Shown here: positions 61,442 to 64,000 of the stretch, piece after piece
Layout: the number at the start of each line of letters is the position of its first letter
Numbering within the stretch: position 1 is the first letter of the stretch
DNA from: Candidatus Moraniibacteriota bacterium
Lineage (GTDB): Bacteria > Patescibacteriota > Minisyncoccia > Moranbacterales > GCA-2747515
Direction of reading: 5' to 3'
DNA length: 64,000 nucleotides
Assembly (NCBI GenBank): GCA_027031495.1
Contig: JALVQA010000004.1
Location: 120,070-184,069 of the forward strand
The notes under the pieces: model-generated
The model's input: the letters and a program-made list of their open reading frames with translations, nothing else
What the model was told of the DNA's origin: nothing
The model's database searches: none
Made by a program: the position numbers and the translations under genes

Positions 61442-62299
61442 ATGACATATTCCACAGATACGATAACACTTGTCGGCAGTGCACATCAACGTGCATTTAC
61501 ACCGGGACAAGATGCTGCTAGTGCCGGTGTAGTATCTGGTAAAGCTGGTGGCGCATTTGCCATCGTGTCGGATGGGTGCTCGTCCGGCGGACGTGCAGAG
61601 ATCGGTGCGCAGCTACTAACCGCTGCAGCAGAGCGAGCTGCACGTTTAAAGATTGCCGGTGATGATATGGTGCAATCATTGTTAGTATCCGTGCTTGAGG
61701 CAACAGAGAAGGCGGCATGCGATGTGGCGCTTGCGGATGATGATCTCTTCGCAACGCTTCTGTATGCAATTGTCACGCCTGATCGCGCGTTTGTACGTGT
61801 CTATGGCGATGGTGTCGTTGCGGTCGGTTTCCGTGACGGCACGTGGCAATTTCTTCGCGTTGAGTGGGAAAAGAACACGCCGTTCTATCCTATCTACTAC
61901 ACGCGAAAGAATGTGGACACGTTTCTCACTGTACACGGTAGTGCATTACACACGGCAGTCTATGTGGAACACGTCACATACGACCCTGATGGCACCGCGT
62001 GGCGGCAGTTTTGCACGCGACATACTGTTGCAGAGGGTATGATGGGGTTGATGCTGTCGCTTGACGCTGGAGCATTGCGTGACATCTGCGCACTCGGCGT
62101 CTTTACGGATGGTGTGGCGTCACTTCCCACAGTCCCGTGGGACAACATGATGCGTGAGATTGTAGCATTCAAGAGCACCACCGGTGCGTTTCTGCGCCGG
62201 CGCGTAGGTCATGTGCTGCGTGACCTCAGCATTGCGCCGACAGATGACCTGTCCGGTGCGATGGTATGGCTTTCTTCTGATGACGGAGGTGGATCATGA
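61442..62299 (+). CDS. PP2C-like protein phosphatase
   Basis: G..H....QD, SDGCSS, ATLL, GDG, TDG, DDLS; AGGAGGT SD. Confidence 0.88.
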   Translation: MTYSTDTITLVGSAHQRAFTPGQDAASAGVVSGKAGGAFAIVSDGCSSGGRAEIGAQLLTAAAERAARLKIAGDDMVQSLLVSVLEATEKAACDVALADDDLFATLLYAIVTPDRAFVRVYGDGVVAVGFRDGTWQFLRVEWEKNTPFYPIYYTRKNVDTFLTVHGSALHTAVYVEHVTYDPDGTAWRQFCTRHTVAEGMMGLMLSLDAGALRDICALGVFTDGVASLPTVPWDNMMREIVAFKSTTGAFLRRRVGHVLRDLSIAPTDDLSGAMVWLSSDDGGGS

Positions 62300-64000
62300 G
62301 ACATGTTGAGTTGGAAGGACGCGGAAGCGCGCTTCTCACGGATGAGAAGCATGTTGCCACGGGCGGTGAAGCAAGCGTGTATCGCGACGGTGACACCGCC
62401 ATCAAGGTTTATACGGACCCCGATGCCATGCGTACGCGGGTGCCTGTGGAGAAACTACGGCGCTTGATGCACCTGCGACACGATCACATTGTTGCGCCGC
62501 AGGGAATAGTGACGCACAATGGCGATCCGATAGGGTACTACATGCCCTTTATGGATGGCGCACCACTTCTGCAGGCCTTTCCGACGGCATTCTGGCAGCG
62601 CAGTGGCTTTAATATGGCACAAGCGCTGCGTATTGTTGATCAGATGCGCGATATTATGCAGTACGCGCATGACACCGGTACAGTGGTCGCTGATCCCAAT
62701 GAGATGAATTGGTTGCTTGTAGGGAAGGGTGGCGCTATGCAGGTGTATGCCATTGATGTGGATGCGTGGGGCATAGATACGTTTCCTGCTAAAGTAGTTT
62801 CGCCGAGTGTGCGTGACTATCATGCGGAAGCTTTCACGCCGGAAGCGGACTGGTTCGGGTGGGCAGTTGTAACGTTTCAATTGCTTACCGGTATCCATCC
62901 CTACAAAGGTGTACTTTCGCCGTACAAGCGACACGACCTGGAAGCACGTATGCGCGACAACGCATCAGTGTTTGCGCCCGGCGTGCGTCTGCCCTCGGCG
63001 GTGCGGCCGTTTGCGCAGATTCCGTCAGTGTTGCTTGCGTATTATCAAGTTGTCTTTCAGGATGGTTTGCGAGAGTCGCCGCCGATGATTGGTGGCACGG
63101 TGAGAACGGTCAGCATTGCTGCTTCTGTGCGCGCTGTGCCTGCAGTGGCGCGGGGTGCACTGACATGGCGTGTTGTCTATGACCAACAACCGATAGCACA
63201 CGTTTACCTCGGTGGCCTGGCGCGGACGCGTGAAGGATTGCTCGTGGATCTTGCGACGCACGATGTGCTACTGCGTGACGTGCCGGTGGATGCTGTTGTT
63301 GTGCGCCAGTCAGATAGTGTGCTCGTTGCTGTCACGGACGATGGCGCACCGGTGCTGCGTGTTATTCGTGCACACCACAAACCACAAACAGCTGTACTGC
63401 ACCTGCAAGGGGTGATGCGGTTTGTGAGTGCCGAAGGACGATTGTTTGCAGTAACGCACCGCTCACTGACGGAGGTGCAAGTGCTGCAGATGGGTCGCAC
63501 GCTCATAGCAACAGCCGGTACGGCCTGGCCAATTCTGCCACACGCATTGCAGTGGTTTGACGGCATCGGTGTGCAGGATGCATTGGGTGCGCGATGCCTC
63601 GTCGTACCGGATGCTCACGCGGGTTGCGCTATGGTGCGGGTGCCGGAACTGGATGGGGCGCGTATCGTGAGCGTCGTGCGGCGTAATCGTATCGCTGTTG
63701 TGACAACTGTTGATGATGCCGGGAACTACCGGCGGCGAGTCATCGTAATGGACAGCAAGCTGAAGGAATACACGATTGACGTTGTGGCGGATGCTGAGGA
63801 TGGCATCGTGCAGCACGTTGTGCTTCCGAAGGGTGTTGTCGCTACCATTGTGGAGGACGGTGTGCTGGACATCAGCGTGCCATCACATGGTAAACAACAG
63901 CATATTCGGGACGGCGCACTGCGCACAGACATGCAGTTGGCACACAACAACAACGATGTGTATGTCGTCACGCCGGACGGGGTGGTGCAGCACATTACCA
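62296..64000 (+). CDS. Ser/Thr kinase (TerY-P type) with beta-rich C-terminal domain, 3'-truncated by window
   Basis: Manual translation, no stop over 568 codons: GGEASVY, AIKVY, VADPNEMN, IDVD, DWF, GIHPYKG; ATGA overlap with PP2C. Confidence 0.9.
   Translation, partial: MRHVELEGRGSALLTDEKHVATGGEASVYRDGDTAIKVYTDPDAMRTRVPVEKLRRLMHLRHDHIVAPQGIVTHNGDPIGYYMPFMDGAPLLQAFPTAFWQRSGFNMAQALRIVDQMRDIMQYAHDTGTVVADPNEMNWLLVGKGGAMQVYAIDVDAWGIDTFPAKVVSPSVRDYHAEAFTPEADWFGWAVVTFQLLTGIHPYKGVLSPYKRHDLEARMRDNASVFAPGVRLPSAVRPFAQIPSVLLAYYQVVFQDGLRESPPMIGGTVRTVSIAASVRAVPAVARGALTWRVVYDQQPIAHVYLGGLARTREGLLVDLATHDVLLRDVPVDAVVVRQSDSVLVAVTDDGAPVLRVIRAHHKPQTAVLHLQGVMRFVSAEGRLFAVTHRSLTEVQVLQMGRTLIATAGTAWPILPHALQWFDGIGVQDALGARCLVVPDAHAGCAMVRVPELDGARIVSVVRRNRIAVVTTVDDAGNYRRRVIVMDSKLKEYTIDVVADAEDGIVQHVVLPKGVVATIVEDGVLDISVPSHGKQQHIRDGALRTDMQLAHNNNDVYVVTPDGVVQHIT

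Noticed and set aside
1-64000. TGA recoding (code 25)
   Set aside because: Conserved genes are uninterrupted under code 11 and TGA ends ruvA and nrtR at the expected positions

Overview
Gene-dense bacterial chromosome segment, genetic code 11. Gene content (dimeric GlyRS, archaeal-type Cmk, FemAB next to a MurE with DYAFEP/EDPY motifs, TrbC/VirB2-type pilin, sortase, few Shine-Dalgarno sites on core genes) points to a CPR/Patescibacteria (Parcubacteria-like) genome; this is inference. Most of the window is housekeeping (tsaE, cyclophilin, polA, holA, rpsT, ruvA, lgt, efp, rpsR/ssb/rpsF, ftsH, tilS, cmk, rpsA, rodA, glyS, pepA, rsmI, metG) plus three tRNAs (Ala-GGC, Ser-GCT, Val-GAC). The strongest accessory candidates are: (1) at the right end, an NrtR repressor with two GT-N7-AC operator palindromes upstream of nicotinamidase - vWA - PP2C - Ser/Thr kinase, i.e. 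a TerY-P-like triad apparently wired to NAD/ADP-ribose sensing (the kinase ORF is missing from the ORF track because it runs off the window); (2) a ~5.5 kb gene broken by three frameshifts, encoding two GHKL ATPase modules (one with permuted motif order), a beta-rich middle and an HExxH protease; (3) an internally deleted NYN RNase gene with an antisense promoter and hairpin, a candidate small RNA; (4) a membrane-anchored protein with ~58 17-aa repeats and an S74 chaperone domain behind a terminator-containing leader; (5) a promoter-driven 80-nt hairpin before a Cys-rich miniprotein; (6) a probable recombinase relic reading into tRNA-Ser. Family calls come from motif recognition only; no searches were run.
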